Shown here one piece after another: positions 37,793-50,910 of a stretch of DNA of 64,000 nt. Positions within the stretch are counted from its first letter, which is position 1. Every line of letters starts with the position of its first letter. The notes under the pieces were generated by a model. That model was not told the origin of the DNA. It searched no databases and worked only from the letters and a program-made list of their open reading frames with translations. A program made the position numbers and the translations under genes. The DNA lies in assembly GCF_036321535.1 (NCBI RefSeq), contig NC_087436.1, forward strand, positions 99,140,001 to 99,204,000, read 5' to 3'. Source of the stretch: Camelus dromedarius. Taxonomy: Eukaryota.

Positions 37793-40239
37793 ATATGTAT
37801 ATGTGTGTATATGTATGTGTGTGTGTGTATACATATAAAACTAAAGTATTATCTTTACATGGGAAAGTCCTAGTTCCCAGTGTATTAGAAGATTCAACCT
37901 CAACCTGACTGTATGTATTGAAGGAACAGCATTAAGGGCCCCAAATGTGAGTATGAATTATCTGCTTGAAATTTCTCACTGAAACATGAAAGACCACCTG
38001 AAAATTGTCCAATTCAGGACAGTTACTGTATCTTTAAGATATGAACAGCCATAGTTATCAGCCACTGTTTCTCTGCTGGTGATGATAGGGACATTGAGTA
38101 GAGCATGACTTGGACCAGATGCTGAGTCTTTATGACACTGAAAGCTTACCTGCTGACTTCCCTCGTACCTTCAAAGAGAGATTAGCTTGAGTAAGTTCAG
38201 ACATATTATGAATAAGTTGAAAAGGGTTAAAGAAATCTTTTCATAAGTACCAAGTGAAAAAAAATCAAACTGTTTGAAATACAGAATAAATAATGTCCTA
38301 AAATGTCACAGGCTGTTATTTTTTTACCCCCTTCTAAAGTTGGTTTTACCTAATCCTAGAGAAAATGTATCAAAATTCCTTTTAAACTCTTCATATCTTG
38401 AAATGGCTTATTCATAAAATCAAATACTATTCCAAGAGTGTTTCTGTTGTGGAGATGATTATAAAGTAGCCAATCTTCTTGTATTTTATAAAACTCTCAA
38501 CTTCTGGTATTTAAATTACCTAGCTAATGAGGTCTCCAATGAAAAGGTGTGTAAACACACTCATTTTTAACCTTAAAAATAATTTCCAACACTCCTGGGT
38601 GCTGTTTAAAAAAAACAGCTAATAAAACAATTGCTTAAGCCTTGTGAGGATAATGCAGTTATCAGAGATCTCTAAAGAAATCCTCTGGATAGAAACACTG
38701 AACTGTGCAAGCTCATGTGGAAATTCTGTAATCCCAATGCATTTGAATAGAGACTTGAGTTCTTTAACGTAGAAGTAGGTAAGTGGTACTTGTACCATTC
38801 CATCAGTCACATTAATCATCAAATTTTCATACAGAGAAATATAGTTGAGCACAGCAACTGGTTAAGTCATTAGGGATAATGACTTATACAGTATTCTAAG
38901 AATCTGAAAACAAGTTTCCTATGAAAAAATTAAGGTGAATTCTGTGTATCAACTATGCTCCTCAGAGAAAGTCTGGAAAACAAAAACTCAACAGTGCAAT
39001 CACCTTGCTCTCACTTTCCTCTCCCAAATATATCAACATGTCATTTTAGAAAGACACTAGATTATCCTTCTCAGAAGCTAATAATCTGTAATGCTCAGTA
39101 TATTAGCCTCTTAACTTTTAACATATAAGTTACTGTCTTGAAAAAAAAAAATCTATATGGTTGTCACTTTTTTTACCCAGGATATTCTGATTGCAGTAGA
39201 CATGATTATCTTGAGGCTCTAGAATTTCTATTTGAGGAATTATGGGAGATGTGATGAGCTTAATGAAAAAAAAAAAATCAACCTGTGAAGCAAAGGTTTT
39301 GAAGCTTTGGAGGTTCCCTAAATTTCCAGAAGAAACAATCAGTGTTTTAATTCATGTTCTTAGCTTCAACCAGATCATAGAATTGAGAAGAAATGATCAG
39401 AACTGAGCTCATAAAGGTTCCAAAACCCAAGAGACTTGGTATGAAAATCAAGAAAGGTAGCAACACAATACGTATTTAAAAAAAAAAAAAAAAAAAAAGC
39501 TGGATCCCAGTATTCTTACCAATGGCAGGGAAAGCCAATAGCCCTGGTACAAATTCCTGTAGTCAATGGCATCATCACCCCAAATGAAACCTAAACTTCT
39601 CCTGTGTATCAGCAATCTTCTCTCCAATGATGAGTGTCTGAGCAGGGGTAACATATTTGCTCACCCTGTATTTGTAGAGGTAATATATTTACTCATCCTC
39701 CAATACTCATCCAATGTGAGGCTCTCTCCAAATAGAAAGAAGATTTGTGTGCTCAGCAGTCAGACAATATCTAAATCAATGTGCATCTGTATACTTTAAG
39801 TATTAAAATAGTGCAACAACTCTTTATGATTAGAACCTGAATTCTGAATTACATCCATAGGGATAGAGTAGCAGATTATCTCTGAATAAACAGAGGAGGA
39901 GATTGTAGATTCATATATCAAAATAATAGAGGGGTTCAAGGAAGGGATGAAAAGTCAAGATTGAGAATCCAGAAGAATAAGGAGTGAGAAAATATTATTT
40001 AGGAATATTTTTCATTATTCACATCTAACTACTAGTATCTTTCTAAACAACAAGATCAAATCTTCTAGACTAAATCTGCTCTGCTGAGAAAGGAGATGAT
40101 ATCTTGTCAACTGCCAAGCTAACATAACTCACTGTGTCTGGCCAGCTATAGGGTTAAAGTCAGGGTAGGAGCTGGGGTAGCAGGGAAAGCCTAAAAATGA
40201 GTATGTTCTGGGCATTGGGAGAGCTGTGGATATGAAGGA

Positions 40240-40693
40240 TGTGATTTATTAATCATATTCGTGTACCAATCCTCTTTTCATCCCCTCAATGTCTTGTAAT
40301 CTCATAGTGGCTTCAGATTCTGGCTTGGCCATGTGACTTGTTTTGGCCATTGATATGTTAACAAACTTAATACAAATGGGAGTTTGAAAAAATGCTTTCG
40401 TGTTTCTGTTCATTCTCTTGCTTCTCTGCCTTCATGACTTGCCCAGGCTAGCCTACTGGAGAATGAGAGAAGCACGGCCCAGTCACTGCCATTGCCTCAG
40501 AAGACAGTCAGCTGACTGCCAAATATGTGAATGAGCCCAAATGCGATCACAAGAACAATCCCCTCAAAGCCCAGCTTAAATCCTAAATCACCTACCCTTG
40601 GACTCATGAGCTAAATTAGGGCTTATTACTTTAAGCAACTCAGATTTGGGGCAGTTTGTTATACAACATTCTATATAAGAGATTACCGATACA
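40240..40693 (+). mobile_element. MLT1F/H-like solo LTR
   Basis: TG...ACA ends; 'ggcttggccatgtgacttgttttggcca', 'cccaggctagcct', 'tttaagcaact...tttgttatacaac'. Confidence 0.8.
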
Positions 40694-41902
40694 GTGGACA
40701 TTAAGGGAGGGTACCAATGATATATTTTGTACCATAAACTAGCTATCACCAATCACTGATAAGTATCAGGATCAACTAAAAAACTTACAAAAAAAATATA
40801 CTCAGATCCCTCCCTAACATACAGAACCTCTTGCTTTGGAGACATGGCATTTTGTGTAAGGGGTGCAACCTGCAATAAATTTGAAACCTGCTGATTTAGG
40901 CATATTGTCTTGACAATTGGAAGGGAATATTTTTAGAATGGTTGCACATTTTTTCACTCTCTAATCTGCCAATAAAGAATACCAATTAAGTTTTATGTTA
41001 TGACTTAAATGTCCTTACAACCATAATTTATTTTCCTAATCTGTAGATATTGGTCATGTGAGTCATGGACTGAAAAGTCAGAGGCAATGATGGATATAAA
41101 ATCCTATTCTTGGAGAAATGCCACCTGGTAACAAGCTAAGCAGTCATTTCCATCTTCTTAATAGAGGTGAGAAAAGAATATCGAGGCATTTTATCTGGAC
41201 TGTAGGACTGACACAAGCTCCCTCTCAGAAGAAAGAAGCTAGTGAACCAAAGCCCAGGAAACCTCTCCTGAAACCAGAAAAGTATCATCTTTATTGCCAA
41301 TTGTACTATTCCTCAAAAATAATAGCATTTAATCTTGGAATTTTTTCCCCCCTGCTGTCCCATTTGTCTGGGAATCTTCTCATAGCTGGCTCCTTAATCA
41401 TATAGAATTCAGAGAGGCCTCTGTGACCTCTCTATAAAGAAATTCCTGCCCATCTCTCTCCACCATCGCTATACATGTCTCTCTTTTCAATTACTTCTTT
41501 ATCTTTCCTTCAAAACTATTAACATTGAAAGGGGATTACATTTGTGGTATATCTATGGTCAAACTGAGCATGAATAGGGCATAACACTGAAGAAAAACCC
41601 ATTTTATTTATTATTAGTTAACAAGTTATACTATTGATCAGATGAACAGAAACTGGAGTATTAATGTCAGTGAGATTTTGCCTGAACTCACCAGTGGAAT
41701 TCATGCTTTCCTTGTTCTGCTTATTCTGAACTCTTCATTGTATGCAATATTCTTAATTTAATGAAAAAAGTTTTTAAGATATAAGGTAAGATAAAGTAGG
41801 AGTGGCGATGCTGCAGAGATGCCCAATAGTCTATGACACACTACTAAGGGTGTAGTCCTTATGGAATGTATTTAGATCCACAGTGTATTGTATGTTAGGG
41901 GC

Positions 41903-42048
41903 AGAAGGCAGTGCTGGACAGTAGCACCATAGTAGCTATAAGGAAACCTGAGTACTCTGGTTCTAATGCTAGCCAACTGTGTGATTATGCGAAAATCATT
42001 TAACTTCCCTTCCTCCAACTGCAAAATAAGAGGAGGACTAGTTGATCT
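41903..42048 (+). mobile_element. MIR SINE
   Basis: 'aaacctgagtactctggttcta...aactgtgtga...tcatttaacttc...ctgcaaaataagaggaggacta'. Confidence 0.65.
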
Positions 42049-42167
42049 CAAATTAGGCTGTATTCTATTAATGCTTTCCCCAGCATTTGGCCTTGCTTGT
42101 ATCCTTTCTGGCGGTTTATTTTTCATTGGCTCTGATAACAGTACACGCCTTTGGTGAGGGAACTGCA

Positions 42168-42405
42168 AAAGGTGGCAGAAAGAGCATGAGTTTTGGAATC
42201 AAATAGACTTGCGTTTGAATCCCAATTTTGCCCTTCCTGGCTTTGGGAACTTGGCTAATTTTCTTAATCCGTGCCAAGTTTTAGTTCACTCAACAGTAAA
42301 ATGATGATAGTAATGCCCTTCTCCCAGGGTTTTGAGGATAAAATGAGATAACATGGAAAATGCTTAAAAAACACTATATTCAGTTCCCAGTAAATGCTAA
42401 GTTCC
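42168..42405 (+). mobile_element. MIR/MIRb SINE, near full length
   Basis: 'gaaagagcatgagttttggaatcaaatagacttgcgtttgaatccca...gtaaaatg...gaggataaaatgagataac...aaatgcta'. Confidence 0.85.
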
Positions 42406-42449
42406 TTTCTTCTGGTTCTTTTTGTATCTATCCTAAGCCCCCACTCTGT

Positions 42450-42930
42450 CTCCATCAGGGCTTTTTCTTTCTCTATCCATTCCTAAGTACAAGTATTTCC
42501 CTAGTTCAGTCATAGAGCCTTCTCTTGGGATAAGCTATTTTTAAGTGATCATCTTTCATGACTTCCTGTATAACTCTGCTGATTACTTGTAAATAAATAT
42601 TGCCACAGGAAACCTCTCATTTGAACTATAATCACAAACTTTGGATTTCCTTCTAGTCACCATGTTGTAACTGTGCAACTGATTCCTCAAAATCCACCAC
42701 AGACAACAGAAAACCCCATAAAGCTACTCCCATCCTTTTGTTTCTTTTAGTTTGATAGTGCCACCATCCCCCTCCACCCACAACTGAAACTTCAGAATCA
42801 TCTTTAATTCTTCCATGTTTTCCTTCCCCCTATATCCAATAAATTACCATGACTCTTTTAGCTCCACACTATTTCTCTCATCCTCCTCCCTTTCATTTGC
42901 ACTAGTCATCTCATGCTGTACATTAATCAC
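42450..42930 (+). mobile_element. L2 fragment
   Basis: 'ccaccatccc...gaaacttcagaatcatctttaattcttcc...atatccaat' are L2 motifs. Confidence 0.6.
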
Positions 42931-42939
42931 AACTCTTCC

Positions 42940-43400
42940 AACTTTAAGTTATAAGGAATGAAATGCAAACCAGTTAAAATCCATCTCCAAGAAGAAAAAA
43001 ATATACTATTTTCAATTGCATAGATCAATGTAACAGAAAATTCCAAGCACTGGATTTTGCTTCAGGCAAGTCTGAATCCAGACACCCAAAGCTGTTATCA
43101 AGACTCTTTTCTTTGCATTTCCCGCTGATGCTTTCCTCTTCATTGACTTAATTCATAGGAAGACTTTCCCCAGGTATTAATAGTAAAGATATTAATAGCA
43201 GTACTAGAAACATATCAAATGAGTAACATCAATCCCAAAGAGTAAGAGTCTCAATCAAAATAGGTTTAATAAATTCTCCAAAAGAACTCTGATTTTCCTG
43301 CTTATTTCTCATATTTGCTTCTAGTTTAGTCAATGAGATAGATATGTGGTGGCAAGGAAGCCTGCTTCATCAGAATCACAGGGACCGTGCCAAAGAACGG
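42940..43400 (-). mobile_element. Old MLT1 (J/K-like) LTR remnant
   Basis: 'gtaacagaaaattcca...gcttcaggcaagtctgaatccag...ctctgatt'. Confidence 0.5.
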
Positions 43401-43940
43401 CTGTAATCAGTTCATTTACTTCCAAATTCTTGCCACTCTAATCCAACCTCCCTACAGAGGAGTGAGTGAATTCAGGAGTGTTACTCTTTCCACATAAAAA
43501 CAGAAGTACTACAGGGAACCAAATGATTCCTTCTTACCCCCTCTTCAAATAACCCCACTAACATAATGTAGCTTATGAAACTCCTCTTTTTTTAAAAAAA
43601 ATTGAGAACCTCCGGATTTCAGTAGGAAAAAGAAAAATCCTTAATTGCATTCAGGTCATCTATTCCACCAACTATTTCTCAAATGTTCATTTTGTTATAA
43701 GCACTGTTCTAGATACTAGAGATACAAAGTAAACAAAACTGCTACCCTGACACAGCTCACACTTGATGGAATAACACAACTTTACCAACCCTTATAGTTT
43801 CCAAGAAGATTTCATTTCAATCCTTTGCTATCACATTTAATAGTTATTCTCTCAATCTTCTGGGAGACTCTGTATCTCTAATTATATTATCCTCTCCAAC
43901 CAGAGTTTCTATGTTTCTCTTATCATTTAATCTATTAAAA

Positions 43941-44345
43941 TGTATATCATTTAAGTTCTGTTGCATAACATCATCTTCAAAATCTCAGTAGCTTATTGCA
44001 AGAAACATGTGGTTCAGCTGGATTTGCTACTAGGCTGCAGATTGGGTTCAGAACTGCTCCACTTTTCTCATTTTGGGACCAGTGACTAACTGGGCATGTT
44101 TTTTCATGGTGATAGCAGAAGTGCAAGAAGCCAAACATAATCACACCAGTCCATATACTGTTCACTAGCATTCCACTTGTCAAAGCAAAACATATAACCA
44201 AGCCCAGTATCACTGGGGTATATACTCCAATACTCCATATACTCTAGAGGGAAATACTGCCAAGTCATATATTAGAGGATGTGGATACACAATTCTATTA
44301 TAGAGAAAGAATGATAAATTAGAAGAAAGAATGAAGTCAACCATG
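43941..44345 (-). mobile_element. MLT1H/I-like solo LTR
   Basis: 'tgcataaca...aaaatctcagtagctta...gggcatgtt...catggtgatagcagaagtgcaag...cattccacttgtcaaagcaa'. Confidence 0.7.
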
Positions 44346-44858
44346 AAATTCCATACAATTTTCAAGACCTAGCTAGCTAACACACTAATTTCTTCATGAA
44401 AATATTTCCTATCCTTTAGTCAGAAATTTTCTTTGATATTTTCACAGTGCTTTGAACCTTGATCAGTGCTCAGCCCTTTTGTCTGGTATTATAATTAAGT
44501 GCTTACAAGTACCTTAAGGAGAGGGGCTACAGCTTCCTCATTTTGCATCTACTACAGTGTCTAGAGGAGCCTTTGTCCATAGCATGCGGCTAACTACAGC
44601 AGAGGAGTCAGTAAAACACCATGATCAAGACCTCCAGCTGTAGAGACTCACTGTCTCACTGCAGATTCAAACTCCATACTTAGTAGCTGGGTGTCCTTAA
44701 GAAAGAATAGCACCCATCTCGTAGCATGTTAAGAAAATATATAAAACTCTTAAAGTACTACCTAACACATAGAAAGAACATGATCACATATATTTATTAT
44801 TATTTGCTTTCTAATGAATGATGTCTCAGTTCCATTCAGTTCTAAAATCTTAGATAAG

Positions 44859-45565
44859 TATGATGGTTAATTTTATACATCAACTTGACTGGCCTAGTGG
44901 ATGTACAGATAATTGCTAAAACATTATTTCTGGGGTATGTTTGTGAGGTTGTTTCTGAAAGAGATTAGCATTTGCATCAGTAGACTGAGAAAAGAGATTC
45001 ACTCTCACCGATGTGAGTGAGTATCAACTAATCCATTGGGGGACTTAATGGTAGGCAAAGAAAGCACTAATTCTCTCTCTTTCTTCTTGAGCTGGGAGAT
45101 CCATCCTCTGTTTTCAGACATCAGAGTTCCTGGTTCTCAAGCCATTTTTCTGTGGGGTTTATATCAATGTTTCCTTTTTCTTAGACCTTTGAACTCACAT
45201 TGAATTATACCACCAGCTTTCCTGGTTCTCCAGCTCACAGATGGCAGACTGTGGGACTTCTTAGCCTCCATAATCACATGAGCTAATTCCTCTAATAAAG
45301 TGCTCTCTCATCCTCTCTGTCTCTGTCTCTTGATATAGATATAGAGATAGAGATAAGATGTACACAGATAGGTAGATCCTATAATAAAATTCTCTCTGTC
45401 TGTCTCTATCTAGATAATATAGATTGACAATAAAGCTCTCTATATCTATCTATCTCTATCACTCTCTCTAGATACATCTAGAGATACATATATCTGTATC
45501 TCTAGAACTCTCTCTCTATATATACCTCACTTATCCTGTTTCTCTGGAGAACCCTGACTAATAAA
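44859..45565 (+). mobile_element. MLT2 (ERVL) solo LTR with internal TC/TA microsatellite expansion
   Basis: Start 'tgatggttaattttata..tcaacttgactgg' and end 'tgtttctctggagaaccctgactaata' are diagnostic for MLT2. Confidence 0.9.
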
Positions 45566-46993
45566 CTGATGCTTATTGATGTTTTTTATGAAAGCTGAAT
45601 ATCAAAAATCATACACCAGCTGAAAAATATATTATAAAACTTCTTGGAAGTTTAAAAAGCTTATCTAATTGTTTTATAAATACTTGTTGCTATTTCCCAC
45701 AACACTTTGCACTATAAGACACATAGACATGGAGAAGGATGGTGTTAAAGTGATCTAAGAAAGGAACTTGGGTGTGGAGGCTGGGTCTGAATGGATCGAT
45801 GGCACATTTGAGCAGAAACATCTAATTGTAAACTAGAGGATAGTGTCTTTTTTTTTTTATAGATTTAACTTCATGTAGATGTTCAATCATTCTTTATTGT
45901 GATAATCAGAGGTCAGGTATAAACACATTGAAATTTTGAAAAACTATAAAATGCAAGGTGAAGTGATCGATAACGTTACATTTCTAAATTGATAGTAACT
46001 CCCAAGAATTAAAGTTATTTGAGAATTTATGTCAGATTCAATTTGCAAAATTTAAATGCACTGTTTTTTAAATTGAGGAAAATATTATTGATAATATCTG
46101 AAGTAACATAGTTTCAGAATTTTCTTAAATTTATCATGTTAATTTTTATGTAAATACCATTACCTTATCAGTATGAGCATGGTGCAAAATTTACTTTTCT
46201 TTTATGAATAAATATAGTTCATTATTTTGGCAGTTTTGAAGTAAATTACACAAGTGATTATGAGCTGTTGTTCCAGATACAGAACCTGTTTTCCGTATTT
46301 TCTATACCTAGTCTAAAAGTATAATCCTTTCTGAAGCCTTCTAAAGTCAACATGCTAAATGGCTTTCTTTGTTCTTTCATTTAAATTCTAGCCAGAAAGT
46401 ATTTTCAGTAAACTTGCTATAACTGCAATTTTAGGTGTAAAATATTAGTGCAACTGAAAATGAAACACATATTGTTTATTAATAAACTCAATATGTAGAC
46501 AACATATTTAAAATCAAGAACTGTCATCTAATTGGTATTCTCAATGAATAATAAAAAAAAGTCCAGGAGTCAAATAGGGGGTATGTGTGTGTGAAGGGCC
46601 AAGTGGCTATAAAAACTATGTAAAAATAGATATGAAACCCTAAGATTTTTCAATAATGCAAATTTGACTTTATTTGGAAATACATATTTAATCTGTAGAC
46701 ATTAGCCATAATTACTGAGTTTGTGTTTGTATGTGTGGTGTGTGTATGTCACAATCAGCATACATAAACCTTTGTTTATTATCCTTTTGGTTTTGTTTTA
46801 ATTTTTCTTTTTTACAATATTACTCTTCATTTCTGCAAAAGCTTGAGATTTGGGGAATGGTGGTGAATGAATTGAAAATTCTGAGTATGGGAACCAGAGA
46901 GAAGGGACCATAATATAGTCTCTGGGAAAAGAGTGAGATTTTGTTCAACTTCTTGGAACTAAGCTCTAATAATTGAGAAGATCTAGAGAAGGT

Positions 46994-47027
46994 GAGAGGT
47001 GCAGAGGCTTGAGAGGTGCAGAGGCTT
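46994..47027 (+). repeat. Perfect 17-bp tandem duplication (gagaggtgcagaggctt x2)
   Basis: Direct read of the sequence. Confidence 0.95.
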
Positions 47028-47191
47028 CTTCAGTCACCTGGATAATCTACTAGGTAATGCTTCCAGATCAGAGAGATCAAGATTTACTCCTATGCAATGA
47101 CATGAAAATATGACAGTTAATGCTTTTTTGAGTTTTTATTGTGTAGTAAACACATTCATTGCATGATATCATTTCACCATTATAACAACAC

Positions 47192-47575
47192 TGTTATGGT
47201 ATAAGTTGTGCCCCTCTAAAATTCACTAATTAAAGCTTGAATTACCACTTGACTATTATTTGAAGATAGGGCCTTTAAGAAGGTAATTAAGGTTAAATGA
47301 AGTCATAAGGGTGGGGCCCTATTTTGACAGGCTTATGTCCTTAGAAGAAGAGGAGGAGACACCAGGAGTGCCAGTGCACAGATCAAAGGCACAGATGAGG
47401 ACACAGTGAGAAGGTGGCCATCTGCAAAATAGGAAGAGAGGTTTCACTAGAAACCAGATCAGCCTGCACCTTGATTGTGGACTTCCAGCCTCCAGAACTG
47501 TGAGAAAATTAATTTCTGTGTCTAAGTCACCCAGTCTGTGGTATGCTGTTATAACAACCTGAGCAGACTAATAAA
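47192..47575 (+). mobile_element. MLT1A/B solo LTR with 5-bp TSD, inserted in a minus-strand MIR
   Basis: TSD aacac at 47187-47191 and 47576-47580; 'gacttccagcctccagaactgtgaga'. MIR halves lie at about 47110-47190 and 47580-47650. Confidence 0.92.
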
Positions 47576-49639
47576 AACACCACTGAAGGAATGTTATTAT
47601 TATCTATAATTTACAATGAGGAATGAGGCTTTGAGAAATGAAGCATCCGTGCAGATACTGAGGAGATGGTAAGGCACAGGTTATTTTATTATTGAAATCA
47701 TGATTTTATTTGCTTTGCAAGTCTGCCACTCTGATATAGACAGATATATGCAGTGGTGTATTTTCACCCTGTTTATTCATTATGATATCTAATGGGTTGT
47801 TTTAGTATACACGCATAAAGTTTTCTGTCATTACATAAAAATCAGGCAATCAAGCAAGTAAGCTCTACCCTCTTTTGGTAATCCTAGTTAGAGTAAGCTT
47901 TGTTTAGTTACCTAAATAATATTCTAGCTTGCCACATAAATGAGACTTGCAGTGAACCAGCTGGTTAATGTTGGTAATGCAATTTACAAATAGTGGGGTC
48001 TAGATTCATTCTTCCTAAGTACTTACATAAAACAAATTTTTTAAACTCTCAATATTTTATCAAATGAATAATTGGAAATATTTGAGTTTCAATGAGTAGT
48101 AATTCATTCCATTTATATTCTGCATGTGCTCATACTAAATAAGCACTACTTAGGTATTTGTGAGAATACAGAAAGATGAGCCTTTGAGAAAACTATGGCA
48201 AATGAAAGTGACTTGCAGCAATTACATCTTCTTATTTGCCCAATTCAAGATTAATAAAATGGGCTACTTTATCAATAAGGCAAGTAATCAATAATGTAAA
48301 ATCATTAAGTGAAAGGCAGGGCTTATATACTAGGAAAGGTTTTCTTCAGATAGTTGTTTTGTGTTCCGGTTTTAAAAATACGAAACTAGAAAACAGTTTA
48401 GATTCAGAAATACCTATGAATACATAAAAATATTTTATAATTTTACTACCAATCACTTATAGATAATAACTTTCAAATACTTTCGATTGACAAATAATTA
48501 TTGATGGCATACAGTGTTTTCACACATGCACCTTCAAAGAGATAAATGTCAGGTAACCCTACATAGGTCTGTTGATATTAAAGTCACCATTTCTCCACCC
48601 AAAACGCTTATATACTCTCCTTCCTCAGACCATAAAATCAGGCTGTCTTTTCTTTCTCAGATTTACTACAACTCACTTTACTTCAATTTTTTTCTCTCCT
48701 TAATATTGGCTGTAGGTAACAATTGTCTTCATCCTGTCTTTTTTTTTTCCCCCTTTTTAGGAGTTTAGTATTAAGGATAATGGAGAATCAGAAATGACAG
48801 CCATAAAGTAGACACTATGAAATTAAAAGAGATTCCTAACTATCATAAAGTTGTTAAAATAGCAAATCCTCATTTCTCCTACAGACTTACTGCTTTAGAT
48901 GACAAGAAACCCAATGCTCACTTGCTTTTCATTCTCAATTTTAAGAATACATGTACTTCATATCTCTGTATCTACATTAACTCTTACGTATTATCAAGCA
49001 GAAGCACTAAATTACTCTTTATTTCTATTTAAAAAAATGTGATTCAAAAAACAGTTTCTTTTACATTTTACAAAGTTCTTTTAGAGGACAAAACCAATTT
49101 TTAGAGCTTAGGAGGGGCTGAGTGGAAGGGAGATATCATGGCTTTAGTCAACACATCCATATGTGAGATTCAGACAAGTCTCTATATGTCTAGTAGCCTG
49201 TTCCAGGACTCTATTGTAATAATCTCCTGAGATGTACCCTGGGAGAGAGCTCATCATAAAGGAAGAGTCAGGCAGTCAAGCTTGGCTCTGTAAGAAAGAT
49301 TTCATTATCAGCCAGGAGAAGCAATTCTGAGTACAGCGTGATGTTCATCACTCATATTTGTCTTTGAGCTTAACCACCCATGGACTTCTGTCTGAGTCCT
49401 ATTAGGGAAAGAGAGGCACAAGGGGAAAATAGTGTTTGTTTTTCAATTAAAACTTTGTAAGATACTGTGACATCAACTACTTTGATACATGTCTGTAAAT
49501 GGCAGAATAAAGGTTTGTTCCCTTCTGTGTAGATAGCATAATGTGGCCTGAGTGTTGAAAGCATTCAGGAAAACACTATGACTTGGGACCACCTGATAGG
49601 CTCTGGTCCATCAACAGTAGTAGGGTGTAATGGGAGATA

Positions 49640-50076
49640 GTATTATTCCAAAACAGTGGTTCACCCATGTGAACCACAGGCAGTCTATGGAGAGAGAGAG
49701 AGAGAGAGAGACAAAGACAGAGTTTCATTTTAATGAATTGGCTCATGCGATTGTGGAGGCTTGGGGAACCCAAAATCTGCAGAGTAGGTCAGCAGGCTGG
49801 ACATTCAGGAAACAGTCGCAGTTCAAGCCCCAAAGCAGTCAGCTGACAGAAATTTTTCTTGCCCAGGGGAGGCCAGTCTTTGTTCTAATAAGGCCTCCAA
49901 CTGATTGAATGAGACCCACCCACATTACGGAAACTAATCTGCTTTATTTACATTCCATCAATTTTAGTGTTAATCTCATCCAAAAACACCTTCACAAAAA
50001 ACACCTAGAGTAATGTTTGACGAAGTATCTGGGAACTGTGGTTTAGCCAAATTGACCCATCAAATTAACAATCATA
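49640..50076 (-). mobile_element. MLT2C/D solo LTR with (GA)n
   Basis: 'gaattggctcatgcgattgtggaggct...aactgattgaatgagacccaccc...gccaaattgacccatcaaattaac'. Confidence 0.85.
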
Positions 50077-50290
50077 ATGCCTTTTCCCAATGATTATTTC
50101 TGCATATTCCCAAGATGTGCCATATGTATACTCAAAGCAAGTTTAATAGGCTATTACATACAGGATTACCACCACATCATCCCCTCCTACACTAGCACTT
50201 TCTGCATACACACACACACACCCACACACACCACACACTGTTGATTCCATTTTTCTAGACAAGCCAGACTAACAGAGGCATTTTGTTGGA

Positions 50291-50750
50291 TACAGTAGGC
50301 ATAATAATGGCCAACCAAAAATATTCATGCCTTAATTTCCAGAGTCTATGAATATGGCAAATGGGACCCTGCAAATATGATTAAGTTAAGGATATTGAGA
50401 TGAGAAGATTATTCTGTATTACCCTGGCGGGTCCAATGAAATTACAGCGATCCTCACAAGTAAACAAAAAGACAAGAGAATTAGAATTAAAGATGGAGAT
50501 GTGCCGACTAGAAGCAGAGATCGGAGTAATGCAATTGCTGGTTGGTGGCCACAAGTCAAGGAATATAGGTAGTCCCTAGAAGCTGGAAAATAGATCCTCA
50601 TCTAAAACCTCTAGAAGTAATGTGGTTTGATTTTAGCCCCATAAAATTCAGTTTACTTCTGAACTCTAGAACTGTAAGATAGTAATTTTTGTTTGCTTGA
50701 TTTAAGACACTGATTTTTTGGAAGTTTCTTCAAACAGCAAAACTAATATG
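50291..50750 (+). mobile_element. MLT1C/D solo LTR
   Basis: 'tgattaagttaaggatattgagatg...ctagaagctggaaaa...ctagaactgtaagata'. Confidence 0.85.
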
Positions 50751-50779
50751 AATAGAAATCCTGCAGTAGCAGATGAGGA

Positions 50780-50910
50780 TGAAAGCATACAAAAAGGAAA
50801 ATGAAGAAAGGAAGGGAGAAAAGAAGGAAGGAAGGAAGGAAAGGAAGAAGGAAGAGAAGCATGGAACTAAGAATGGTATGAGACAAAGAAGAAAAGAGTG
50901 AGAAGAAAGG
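50780..50910 (+). repeat. GA-rich (GAAG)n low-complexity tract
   Basis: Direct read of the sequence. Confidence 0.85.

Noticed and set aside
48730..48812. Strong polypyrimidine acceptor at 48760
   Set aside because: All frames stop quickly and no good donor follows.
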